The notes beneath the pieces are model-generated. The model ran no database searches and was not told the origin of the DNA. It saw only the letters and a list, made by a program, of their open reading frames with translations. A stretch of 47,507 nucleotides of DNA from a virus: the IMG/VR virus record IMGVR_UViG_3300043640_000025, positions 1-47,507 of that record; one strand, given 5' to 3'. A program made the translations under genes and the position numbers. Positions 15,944 through 24,346 of this stretch are shown here, one piece after another; positions within the stretch are counted from its first letter, which is position 1, and every line of letters starts with the position of its first letter.

Positions 15944-17166
15944 CCAATGAATTTACGAGTGAGCAGGTGTTGGCGATGGCTGACACGCTTGATGAGGTTC
16001 GTTTCGACAAGATCGCCGCCATGCTCCGCTCCCTCCTATACGCGCGCACCGCAGCGGCGGGGGTGAATGTTGTAGCAACGCTTCATCTTCACCACGAAGC
16101 CGTACAAAGCAAAGACAAGTGGCGCGTTACGGGTGTTCAGGAGGCCATTTCGGATATCGACCTTCCTTCCGGCGAATACCCTCTCTACCTCCAAGCCGAC
16201 CGGCCTGTAGATAAAAATGTTGGCGCACTGTTAGGCACGCAAGGGGCTATAGACGTTGAAATCAAGCCAGCTCAATCCTTGGCTGATGTGGCCGTGAAAT
16301 TTCTTAGTGGTCTTGACCCGACTTGTAAGGGAATCAACTGCACGTTCAGTGATACTAACGGGAACAGGCATAGTTCTGAATGTCGATTTGAGTATGCCCG
16401 TAATTTGGCTAGCGGCATCGCTAGTGTTACTTCTGGTGTGACCGTTCCAGACCACATAGAAAACATTAAGTGGCGTGGTGAAATTATAAATTTGGTGAGA
16501 TTGGCGAGTGTGGATGTGGACGCTAGTCGTTATCGAAAACTCATCGCCGCTACCGATATGCCGTTCCCATTGTTGAGTGTATGCGACGACCCGGAGAATA
16601 ATCCGGTGCATAGGTACGGGCGTGAGCGCATCGACTCACTGATTGATGGACTCGACATCGAAACACCAGCCGTACCCACCACACCGAAGAGTGTTGCCCC
16701 GGACATTTCCGAACTGGCGAGCGTCCCGGGAAGCGCATGCCCGACGTGCAAGCAGTCGTTGCATGTGGCGATCGGGGACAACGAGGGCAAGCGGCAGGGG
16801 GACGCCATTGCCGCAACCCTAGGGGCGGACGGCGACAATATCGACGACGTGTTTCGCAAGGCGCGAATGCTGGCGAGTGTGGCGAAGAGGGATGTGGGTT
16901 GGCTGAAGGATAAGTATTCCAAAGAAAGCTATTACAGCGCGATTTCTTGGGTTCTCGGATATCTCAACGGCACAGGTGACAACGGGTCGACGATGTACAA
17001 GGAAATACTTCAGGCCAATGACGAAGACGAGCTAGTTGCCTATGTTCGAAAGAACGGCGAAATGCGGTTCACTGGCCTTGATCGTTTCCTGAGAAATCGT
17101 AGGGATCACGCCGCCATGCTCGCCTCCGCACCCACCCCACCTACGGAGGGCGGGGAAAATGGCTAA
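15940..17166 (+). CDS. Hypothetical large protein (408 aa)
   Basis: ATGA-coupled start at 15940. No family recognised. SDID...(about 35 aa)...IDVEIK could be a PD-(D/E)xK-like motif, but the evidence is weak. Confidence 0.6.
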   Translation: MTNEFTSEQVLAMADTLDEVRFDKIAAMLRSLLYARTAAAGVNVVATLHLHHEAVQSKDKWRVTGVQEAISDIDLPSGEYPLYLQADRPVDKNVGALLGTQGAIDVEIKPAQSLADVAVKFLSGLDPTCKGINCTFSDTNGNRHSSECRFEYARNLASGIASVTSGVTVPDHIENIKWRGEIINLVRLASVDVDASRYRKLIAATDMPFPLLSVCDDPENNPVHRYGRERIDSLIDGLDIETPAVPTTPKSVAPDISELASVPGSACPTCKQSLHVAIGDNEGKRQGDAIAATLGADGDNIDDVFRKARMLASVAKRDVGWLKDKYSKESYYSAISWVLGYLNGTGDNGSTMYKEILQANDEDELVAYVRKNGEMRFTGLDRFLRNRRDHAAMLASAPTPPTEGGENG

Positions 17167-17503
17167 GTTCCTACGCGTCACACAGACGGCGCCCGAGGCT
17201 ATCTACCTTCAGGTATCGGACGACAATTTCGATAGGGACCAAGCCTTCCCTGATAGCCACGATGGCATTTCGTGGTGCGCAGATTCTGTCATGGAATGCG
17301 AAGTCCGTTACGTCCGCGAAGACATCGCCGCCAGTCAGCGCGCGGAGGTGGTTGACGAGGAGTTCGCCGACATCGAGCGGGTTGCCCAGTGGCTGTATCG
17401 GAACGGTATGCGCAACGCTGCGGCAACCGTTCGAGGGCAGATCGATGCGCGAAACGTCCGCATCCGTGAACTAACAGCCGCCCTGGCGGCGAGAGGGGAG
17501 TGA
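17159..17503 (+). CDS. Hypothetical protein
   Basis: 114 aa, overlaps the upstream gene by 8 nt. Confidence 0.55.
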   Translation: MAKFLRVTQTAPEAIYLQVSDDNFDRDQAFPDSHDGISWCADSVMECEVRYVREDIAASQRAEVVDEEFADIERVAQWLYRNGMRNAAATVRGQIDARNVRIRELTAALAARGE

Positions 17504-17504
17504 G

Positions 17505-17654
17505 ATGCGATACCTGATCGGATGGAACACGACACTCGGAAACCACTACACGGAAAAGACATTCCGGACTTGGTTCCTCGCGCAGAGATTCACGCGGAAG
17601 TTGCTGCGTGACGGCGTTACCTCCGTTGGAATATTCATGAGGCCTACCCCATGA
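17505..17654 (+). CDS. Hypothetical small protein (49 aa)
   Basis: GAGAGGGGAG RBS, ATG at 17505, and the stop overlaps the next start (ATGA). Absent from the ORF track. Confidence 0.45.
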   Translation: MRYLIGWNTTLGNHYTEKTFRTWFLAQRFTRKLLRDGVTSVGIFMRPTP

Positions 17655-17917
17655 CCACTCCTAACGCCGTGCAGGCGGATGATGAAACTGATTGCGTATG
17701 GGGCAACGATTGGCGGACGATTGATAGTGCCCCTATCCGTACATTCGATGAGTGCATGCACCATTCGGATAATTTTCTTCTGTGGGTCGGAAGAGCGACC
17801 ATTGGAAGCTATGGCTTCACAATGAAGGGAAAGGGTCGCTGGCAAAATCACCAAGGAAATATCAAACCAACCCACTGGATGCCGCTACCGCCGCCACCAA
17901 CCACGGGGGATGCGTGA
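17651..17917 (+). CDS. DUF551-like protein
   Basis: W..IDSAP...LLW......G......W......THWMPLPPPP matches the DUF551 pattern as I recall it. Confidence 0.5.
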   Translation: MTTPNAVQADDETDCVWGNDWRTIDSAPIRTFDECMHHSDNFLLWVGRATIGSYGFTMKGKGRWQNHQGNIKPTHWMPLPPPPTTGDA

Positions 17918-18192
17918 TGGATAGGAATCAGTGCGAGAAGCTCAAGACTGACCTATGGGGACCGGACCTGGCCACCCGGGAGCGCTGGGTTCAGGGAAGT
18001 GCGAAATCTAAGGAACACGACGCCATGTACGCACATGCGCTGGTGGCGGCCTTGTCCGAATGCACGGATCAGGTCGGGTCACTGGAATATCCGGCAGATC
18101 AGACCGTCAACTACTACAAGCAATCCGTACTGCAAAGAGCCGACGAACTCATGCGGGAGTGGCTGGGGGTGGGTGATGTCAAAGCTGACTGA
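17917..18192 (+). CDS. Hypothetical protein
   Basis: Start MDRNQCEKL; the ATG overlaps the upstream TGA by 1 nt. Confidence 0.5.
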   Translation: MDRNQCEKLKTDLWGPDLATRERWVQGSAKSKEHDAMYAHALVAALSECTDQVGSLEYPADQTVNYYKQSVLQRADELMREWLGVGDVKAD

Positions 18193-18346
18193 CGACCTGA
18201 GGGCGCTTGCCGACGAATGGCGTATCGAGGCCCAGGACTGCCGCAGAAACGGCATGGAGGCATCGGCGCAAGCGGCGTTTGACCATCAGCGCGAACTGCT
18301 CGCCGTGATTGCTCGGCATGAAGGAGGTGGTGATGTCGGCGGCTGA
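18176..18346 (+). CDS. Hypothetical small protein (56 aa)
   Basis: ATG at 18176 (MSKLTDDLRAL), 17-nt overlap upstream. Confidence 0.4.
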   Translation: MSKLTDDLRALADEWRIEAQDCRRNGMEASAQAAFDHQRELLAVIARHEGGGDVGG

Positions 18347-18737
18347 GCAGATATGGCCCGACGTGATGGATCTGATGACCGCGGCGAAGTACCTCGGCTA
18401 TCACCCCGTCACCCTCAGGGAATGGAAGCGTAAGGGCGAAGGTCCGCCGGGCCGAAAGGTCGGAGGCCGCTGGCGTTTTCTGAAGGCCGCGCTCGACAAC
18501 TACCTCATTGGACAGAAAGCACCCGCATGGCCCGCCAACCCTACACCCTCGAACCTCGTGGCAAGAAAGGCATCTACTTCGCCAGGTTCACCGCGCCAGA
18601 CGGACGCCGCATATCGCGAAGCTCTGGGACTTCCGACCGAAGCCTCGCCGCCGAGTGGGCGTCAAGGTTCCATGCGGAGCATTACCGGGTCGCGCGGCTC
18701 GGCGACAAGCCGCGGCGGCTCTGGACGGACGCGGTAG
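18333..18737 (+). CDS. xis: Excisionase-type HTH protein (MerR/HTH_17-like)
   Basis: GGAGG RBS. LMTAAKYLGYHPVTLREWKRKGEGPPGRKVGGRWRF is an excisionase-family motif. The frame stays open to 18737, overlapping int by 211 nt, so the functional end is uncertain. Confidence 0.6.
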   Translation: MSAAEQIWPDVMDLMTAAKYLGYHPVTLREWKRKGEGPPGRKVGGRWRFLKAALDNYLIGQKAPAWPANPTPSNLVARKASTSPGSPRQTDAAYREALGLPTEASPPSGRQGSMRSITGSRGSATSRGGSGRTR

Positions 18738-19630
18738 TCGCGTGGAAGGCTGACCATCTTCATAAGCGAAGCCTGAGCAAAGACCAGCACAACCTGCGAT
18801 GGCTGAGCCCGTACCTCGAATACAAGTATCTGGACGAGATCAATGGGGACCTGCTGGCCGCGGTCGCGTCAGCACGGAGGGCGGAGCCCCGGGACAAGAG
18901 GCGTCGGAAGGATGGCACGACGTTCTCGGATGCCCTGACCAGCCAGTCGACGGTCGACAAGATGCTCGCGCTGATCCGGTCGATACTTCGGGACGCCAGT
19001 GAACGGGGATGGCTGGACAATGCCCCGTCGATCAAGCTGACCCACCCGGAATCCGAGGACTATCGGTGGCTGACCCGAGAGGAAGCTGCAGCCCTGCATG
19101 AGGAACTGGCGTACCATCTGCGGCCACTGTTCCTGTTCTCCCTAGCCACAGGCCTACGGGAGCAGAACGTCATGCGGCTGGAATGGTCGAAGGTCGATAT
19201 CGAGCGACGGGTGCTATGGGTCAAGGCGGCGGCGGCCAAGGGAAAGAAGCCGATCGGCATACCTCTCAATCGGGACGCGATCGCCGTACTCGTCGCCCAG
19301 AAGGACCAGCACCGGCAGTGGGTGTTCCCTGCCCCTGTCAAGCCCGGTAAACGGCAGGCCGAGCCCTATGACCGGGCCAACAACCACGGCTTCAAGGCGG
19401 CACAGGTCCGCGCCGGCATTGCACCACTGCGATGGCACGATCTGCGGCACACCTGGGCAAGCTGGCACGTCATGGCTGGGACCTCGCTACGCGCCCTCAT
19501 GGAGCTTGGCGGTTGGCGGTCCTACAAGTCGGTCTTGAGGTACGCTCACCTCTCCCCAGAGCATCTGGCCAGCGATGCGGCAAGGGTCGAGGGACTTGCG
19601 CCACTTTTGCGCCAGAAGACTGGCACCTGA
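18527..19630 (+). CDS. int: Tyrosine integrase
   Basis: ARQPYTLEPRGKKGIYFARF N-terminus. Catalytic region HDLRHTWASWHVMAG...LGGWRSYKSVLRYAHL (R-H-R-Y). Adjacent to attP. Confidence 0.93.
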   Translation: MARQPYTLEPRGKKGIYFARFTAPDGRRISRSSGTSDRSLAAEWASRFHAEHYRVARLGDKPRRLWTDAVVAWKADHLHKRSLSKDQHNLRWLSPYLEYKYLDEINGDLLAAVASARRAEPRDKRRRKDGTTFSDALTSQSTVDKMLALIRSILRDASERGWLDNAPSIKLTHPESEDYRWLTREEAAALHEELAYHLRPLFLFSLATGLREQNVMRLEWSKVDIERRVLWVKAAAAKGKKPIGIPLNRDAIAVLVAQKDQHRQWVFPAPVKPGKRQAEPYDRANNHGFKAAQVRAGIAPLRWHDLRHTWASWHVMAGTSLRALMELGGWRSYKSVLRYAHLSPEHLASDAARVEGLAPLLRQKTGT

Positions 19631-19721
19631 TCGCGATGCAACGCTATTTCAGGCTACTCGACGGAATAGTGCATTTGGTGGAAAGTCATATATACCAACG
19701 TTTTCAGGAGACAGTACAGCC

Positions 19722-19766
19722 TTGAAAATCCCCGTGTCGGCGGTTCGATTCCGTCCCCGGCCACCA
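19722..19766 (+). other. attP core: 3' half of tRNA-Phe(GAA), from the anticodon loop to CCA
   Basis: TTGAAAATCCCCGTGTC-GGCGG-TTCGATT-CCGTC-CCCGGCC-A-CCA. Anticodon loop with GAA, 3' anticodon stem, variable loop, full T-arm and 3' acceptor are present. No matching 5' half lies upstream (cagcc instead of gggga). Confidence 0.8.
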
Positions 19767-19835
19767 TAAATAAAGATCGTTACTGACTTTTTGCTACCAG
19801 TCATCTAGACGCTTGCGCCGAATTTGCGCCAATCG

Positions 19836-20189
19836 TCAGAACGGCTTCCGCCTCGCCTTGAACACCCGCTTTCTTCCACCCGGATGCGGGATGTCGTCTT
19901 CCGGTTTGCGCACGTACGGCGGCTCCGGCGGTGACCTGTATGGCTTCGGCATGTCGTCGAGGATTCGCTGGTAGCGCGGACGCAGCCAGCGCTCGGCGTG
20001 GAGCATGGCTTTCTCCTTCGACGTGTACGTGTGCCAGGCCCGCTGCCACGGAACGATAACGCAGAGATGTAGGTTCCAGCCTTCCAGGGTGATCGGCTGG
20101 CGGACAAAGGCCAGCTCCTTCGGGCACCCTTGGAACCTGGCCACCCAGCGGTAGTCTTCGTCGGTCCAGATGATGGGTGGGGTGTCCAT
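19836..20189 (-). CDS. Hypothetical protein (moron next to attP)
   Basis: Start MDTPPIIWTDEDYRW at 20189. The translation looks protein-like, unlike the overlapping Arg/Ser-rich frame 19805..20368. Confidence 0.5.
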   Translation of the reverse strand: MDTPPIIWTDEDYRWVARFQGCPKELAFVRQPITLEGWNLHLCVIVPWQRAWHTYTSKEKAMLHAERWLRPRYQRILDDMPKPYRSPPEPPYVRKPEDDIPHPGGRKRVFKARRKPF

Positions 20190-20251
20190 GGCCGTAGGGT
20201 ACGGCTGGAGTGTCTCAGGGGCGGGGACACGACCCATCCGAGATAGCTAAG

Positions 20252-20935
20252 ATGTGCAGGTATTCCACCAAGCCAAGGAAAGAAGTGAGCCTCTACGCGA
20301 ATTTTCTGCAGAATCAGGGAAGGGTGATCCATAAGTGGAAGCACTACTTCCCCATTTATGAGCGCCACTTCGGGCCATGGATAAATAAAACCGTCACCAT
20401 TCTGGAGATCGGTTGCGGTAGCGGCGGATCGCTACAGATGTGGAAAAGGTATTTCGGACCATTCGCGACGATCATCGGCATCGATATTGATCCGAAGTGC
20501 CAGGACTTCGAAGAGGACCAGATCCATATAAGGATCGGTGGGCAGCAAGACCATGCCTTCCTCCAGAGCGTGATTGACGAATTCGGCGTTCCTGACATCG
20601 TCATCGACGACGGTAGTCACGTCATGAGCCACATTGCCTCGACGTTCCAAGCCCTGTACCTGAAGCTTCCGAAAAACGGCGTCTACCTCGTCGAAGACCT
20701 GCACACCGCCTACTGGCCAGAATACGAGGGCGGGGCCCATCGTCCCGGTAGCTTCATCCAGTTTTCAAAATCCATGATCGACGAGCTGAACTGGGAACAC
20801 GCGCGCGGAGAGGTAGCGGAAACCGAGTTCGGGAAGACGACAGTATCTATGCACTTCTACGACAGCATCGTCGTATTCGAGCGAGGCATCCATACTAGAA
20901 AGCGGGCTCCGCGCGTTGGCGACGAAGCCCTCTAA
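20252..20935 (+). CDS. Class I SAM-dependent methyltransferase (CmcI / sugar O-methyltransferase-like)
   Basis: HKWKHYFPIYERHF...ILEIGCGSGGSLQMW...GIDID...IDDGSH...GVYLVEDL motif series. AT-richer. Opposite strand to the tail genes. Start uncertain (GTG 20210 or ATG 20252). Confidence 0.7.
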   Translation: MCRYSTKPRKEVSLYANFLQNQGRVIHKWKHYFPIYERHFGPWINKTVTILEIGCGSGGSLQMWKRYFGPFATIIGIDIDPKCQDFEEDQIHIRIGGQQDHAFLQSVIDEFGVPDIVIDDGSHVMSHIASTFQALYLKLPKNGVYLVEDLHTAYWPEYEGGAHRPGSFIQFSKSMIDELNWEHARGEVAETEFGKTTVSMHFYDSIVVFERGIHTRKRAPRVGDEAL

Positions 20936-20944
20936 GTCGAACAA

Positions 20945-21388
20945 CTATGCCGTTGGATTGGCCTCTACGTGTCCAGGCTCGACCGGCGGAGTCGGCCAGA
21001 CTGGATCACTGTTCGACGTATCGATTCTATTGACGGCGACACGATACTGCTTCCACAGGGTAAGCAGACTCCTTTCTTCCGATGTCGCCACCTCAAGGTC
21101 AACTGCGTCCTGAAGTGGGGCGATAGCTAGAGTGGCTACTGCCAGGAATGCATCACGCGTGCAGGCGTTCGTCGATACGATTTCCTCGGCGCTTCGCTGG
21201 TATGGCGTTGGCTCACTAAAGGATGATCCGTCGTACGACCAGCCAGCCTCAGGCATCGGAAAAATTCCATTTATAGATACCAGTGTCTCGACAAGGTCGG
21301 GAGTGAAACAGTCTTCGATAGCATAGTCATCCGGAATGCTGATGACTTCCACGACTGCGGTACTATTGATGCGTGCGAAGTTTTTCAT
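20945..21388 (-). CDS. Tail fibre assembly chaperone
   Basis: IAPLQDAVDLEVATSEERSLLTLWKQYRVAVNRIDTS...WPTPP is the Caudo_TAP C-terminal motif. Located directly downstream of the fibre gene. Confidence 0.75.
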   Translation of the reverse strand: MKNFARINSTAVVEVISIPDDYAIEDCFTPDLVETLVSINGIFPMPEAGWSYDGSSFSEPTPYQRSAEEIVSTNACTRDAFLAVATLAIAPLQDAVDLEVATSEERSLLTLWKQYRVAVNRIDTSNSDPVWPTPPVEPGHVEANPTA

Positions 21389-22458
21389 TATGCGTACTCG
21401 TAGATGTAGACGGCGCCAGGTGCGCCAGCGCTTCCGTTTGCGGCGCCTGCTCCGCTTGATGCAGCACCACCACCGCCACCGCCTGCGTTACCCAATCCAG
21501 ACAAAATTGGCACGCCATTAGACGACGCCAATTGCCAGTTGGCGCCACTCCCATAAGGTGTCGATCCACCACCACCGCCGACTACAATCGCGGACTGTTG
21601 AGTCGTATTTCCATACGAAAGACCGGGCATCCCGGCTGTTCCAGCGGACAGGATGACCGTGCTTATTGTTGCGGTTGGAAGTGTTACAAGTCCGCCTCCT
21701 GGCGTCCGTCCTGCACCGCCAGCGCCACCGCCACCAGGCGCTCCGCCGTGGCAGGAAATGAGAGCGCCGAAGCTAGTCGTGCCGCCGTCTATACCATTGC
21801 TCACGCCAACACCGCCGGCTCCGCCCGAGCCAATTGTTACGGCGACCGGACTACTCGGAACGTCGATCAAATTGGATTCAATATAGGATCCACTAGCCCC
21901 ACCGCCGCCACCTGTTGCGTTTCCCGTCGTAGACATCCCGCATCCACCGCCGCCACCGCCGCCGCCGATAGTAATGACGCGCAATTTCTTTGCCCTCGCG
22001 TCCGGCGTGTATGTGGTCGTACCCGGCGCGTTAAAGGTTCGAATTGCGATGAGCCTTCCGGCCAAGGCGTCAACCCAGCCGCCACCACCTGTGTCAGGGT
22101 TCGTCGAATTTCCTTCCGTCGTATTCAGCCAGAAACCGTCAAGCGTCGATCGCTGGATGAGGGCTCCTTTCGGATATCCGCCCACAGCGGTAGCGAATTG
22201 GGAATCGTAGACGTACTGCCCGCCCGCATTGGCCCAGCGAACGGCCTGGGTGATCGCGTTGTATATGCCGTTGAAGTCCGCACCGAATGGAGGAATGCCG
22301 CCGGCGGCGACAGGGGTAAAGGTCAGCGGCGGGAACCCGGTGGTGAACGACGCGGCGCCCGGCGTGATGCCGGTCTGCGAAGCAACCGGAATGGTGTTCT
22401 TCGTTCCTGCATCAGCAAAGGGAACAGGCATCCGGGTTGGGACATTGCTAGACAGCAT
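21388..22458 (-). CDS. Tail fibre protein with a glycine-rich C-terminal half
   Basis: Position after the baseplate J/I genes. N-terminus GFPPLTFTPVAAGGIPPFGADFNGIYN is typical of fibre attachment domains. Runs of GGGGGGGG. Confidence 0.75.
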   Translation of the reverse strand: MLSSNVPTRMPVPFADAGTKNTIPVASQTGITPGAASFTTGFPPLTFTPVAAGGIPPFGADFNGIYNAITQAVRWANAGGQYVYDSQFATAVGGYPKGALIQRSTLDGFWLNTTEGNSTNPDTGGGGWVDALAGRLIAIRTFNAPGTTTYTPDARAKKLRVITIGGGGGGGGCGMSTTGNATGGGGGASGSYIESNLIDVPSSPVAVTIGSGGAGGVGVSNGIDGGTTSFGALISCHGGAPGGGGAGGAGRTPGGGLVTLPTATISTVILSAGTAGMPGLSYGNTTQQSAIVVGGGGGSTPYGSGANWQLASSNGVPILSGLGNAGGGGGGAASSGAGAANGSAGAPGAVYIYEYA

Positions 22459-23125
22459 TTTGAATTCCTGAGGCAGTGAAGAACGTCCCTTGGCCGAACG
22501 GCTGTAGGCCGCCCTCGTTGAAACCGAAGGTTGCGGATGGGTCGAGCTGAAGAATCTGGACGAGGACGCCAGCGGGGCGAGGGACGGCCGACGACCTCGT
22601 CATGATCGAAAGTTCTACCGGCGACAGGTTGAACTCGAAGACGTACCGGATCGACATGCCTCCGGTGTCGACCATGTAACAGCGGCCCTGCCCCTCGAAG
22701 AGGAAGCGGAGAAGTGCGTTCAGACTTGCCGCGGTGCAATCTGTGATGTTGGCCAGAGCCTTCACCATGATCAGCTTGCGGTAGGCGTCGTCTGACAAGG
22801 CGAACGTCGTCGATGCCGGCGGTCCGTTGTAGAAGACTCCCTGCCCGAATGGCCGTGCATCCGTCTCTGTCGCAGTGCCGGTATTGGCTTCATCGAACCC
22901 CAGATAGGACGCCGGATTGTCGATCTGAAGGTTTCGGGAGACGTTGACGATGCGACCCCAGATATCGAGGCCGAAGCCGACAGCTGTATCGACATTCCAG
23001 ACGAAATCGAAGAAGTTGTTGAGGTCTGTTTCCGGATCGATCCACTGGTTGAAGTAGTCGATAAGGCCGGTCAGGGTCGGACTGTTCGCGTACTGCGAGA
23101 GGATGGTGTCTCGATAGTTCTGCAT
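22448..23125 (-). CDS. Baseplate wedge protein (DUF2612 family)
   Basis: MQNYRDTILSQYANSPTLTGLIDYFNQWIDP is characteristic of DUF2612. Follows the J-like gene. Confidence 0.7.
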   Translation of the reverse strand: MQNYRDTILSQYANSPTLTGLIDYFNQWIDPETDLNNFFDFVWNVDTAVGFGLDIWGRIVNVSRNLQIDNPASYLGFDEANTGTATETDARPFGQGVFYNGPPASTTFALSDDAYRKLIMVKALANITDCTAASLNALLRFLFEGQGRCYMVDTGGMSIRYVFEFNLSPVELSIMTRSSAVPRPAGVLVQILQLDPSATFGFNEGGLQPFGQGTFFTASGIQNAV

Positions 23126-23128
23126 GCG

Positions 23129-24346
23129 CTACACCAGCGTCACGGTGACGTTCAACGGGTCGAGCGTGGGCCGCTGGTCGATGCCTACCGTCAGAGCCGT
23201 ACCGGCTCCAGGAGAAACGGAGCCCAGAAGGATCGAGAAGATTTCGACATTGGCGTCGGTCGCTGCCACGCCCGCGTAGTAGCGCCCGGCGAACAGCGTC
23301 GCCCCGATACGTGCGCGCGTTCCTCCATCCGTGCCATTGAAGGCATTGACAACCGCCTGCCGAATGAGCGGAACGATGTTCGCAGGAAGTGCCGGATCGT
23401 CGGCAATCTCAACCGTGAAGAAAATCGGCAACGCGTCCGGAGTCACCCACTTCACGACGTAGGATGGGTACGGCTGCTGATACCCCTCGGTGTCCTGCAC
23501 GGTGAATTCGGTGTCACCGTTGTAATCGCATCCACCGGACTTCTTGCTCCAGATGGCCTTGGCGATATCCTCGGCCTCACCGCCGGCAGCGGCCACATAG
23601 ACGCTATGGGCGATCACTGGGTAGTTGGTCGAGCCCTTGTTGACCGTGGCGCCCGTTGGATTGTCGAGGACGTAGGCATCGAGGACATTGGGCACCTCAA
23701 GCACGGCCGACTGGATCGACTGGACCATGTTGACGGAGTTCTTGGCGACCGAGTTCTTCCGGCGAAACTCGAAGTCAGCCCGACTTTCGACGTTCGTGCC
23801 CTCGGTGCCAGCGGAAAGGTTGGTGATCGAGTCCCATCCCGTTACCGCCTTGAAGATGGTGTTGAGCGCGCCGATGGGGCAAGGCACCGGCCCGGTCGTC
23901 TGGCACTGGAAATCGACGTCAACGATGCCCGATGCCGTGATCGTGGCGTCGACCAGAGACGAGTACCGGTAGCCGTTGGCATCTTGCGCCACCGAGCCGA
24001 CCGGGATGACCGCGCCCACCAGGCCCGCAATAGTCCCTGTAACTACCGTCCCCGATGCTGCGATCCTGTCGAGGAAGTAGATGCGCCCAATGGCGTCCTG
24101 CCAGCGCCCGCTCGAGGTATCGGGGTTGACCTGGTTGACGACTTCCGCGATCTGGTCATTCTTGTTTCCGATGATCGCGGTATTGCTCTGGGCGATCTGA
24201 CCTTGGGGCGCCGTCAGCGACAGGCTCATGTTGCCGCCGAAGGCCGTGTTCATGTCGGCCTGCACGCCGGCCAGGATGCTAGCCTCCTGGGGTAGCGTGA
24301 TGCCCGTCTCCGAGAAGACGATCGCGGGGACGTTGGTGTCGGCCAT
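23129..24346 (-). CDS. Baseplate J-like protein
   Basis: 405 aa. Position and size fit, and the gp47/J-like N-terminal motif is present (ILAGVQADMNTAFGG...). Confidence 0.75.
   Translation of the reverse strand: MADTNVPAIVFSETGITLPQEASILAGVQADMNTAFGGNMSLSLTAPQGQIAQSNTAIIGNKNDQIAEVVNQVNPDTSSGRWQDAIGRIYFLDRIAASGTVVTGTIAGLVGAVIPVGSVAQDANGYRYSSLVDATITASGIVDVDFQCQTTGPVPCPIGALNTIFKAVTGWDSITNLSAGTEGTNVESRADFEFRRKNSVAKNSVNMVQSIQSAVLEVPNVLDAYVLDNPTGATVNKGSTNYPVIAHSVYVAAAGGEAEDIAKAIWSKKSGGCDYNGDTEFTVQDTEGYQQPYPSYVVKWVTPDALPIFFTVEIADDPALPANIVPLIRQAVVNAFNGTDGGTRARIGATLFAGRYYAGVAATDANVEIFSILLGSVSPGAGTALTVGIDQRPTLDPLNVTVTLV

Noticed and set aside
19716-19770. A complete tRNA gene.
   Set aside because: Only the segment from the anticodon loop to CCA is present. 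The sequence upstream cannot form the anticodon stem, D-arm or 5' acceptor. It is interpreted as the attP core.
19805-20368. 187-aa minus ORF overlapping both moron genes.
   Set aside because: The translation is Arg/Ser/Thr/Pro-rich and nonsense-like. The alternative frame 19836..20189 and the plus-strand methyltransferase explain the region.
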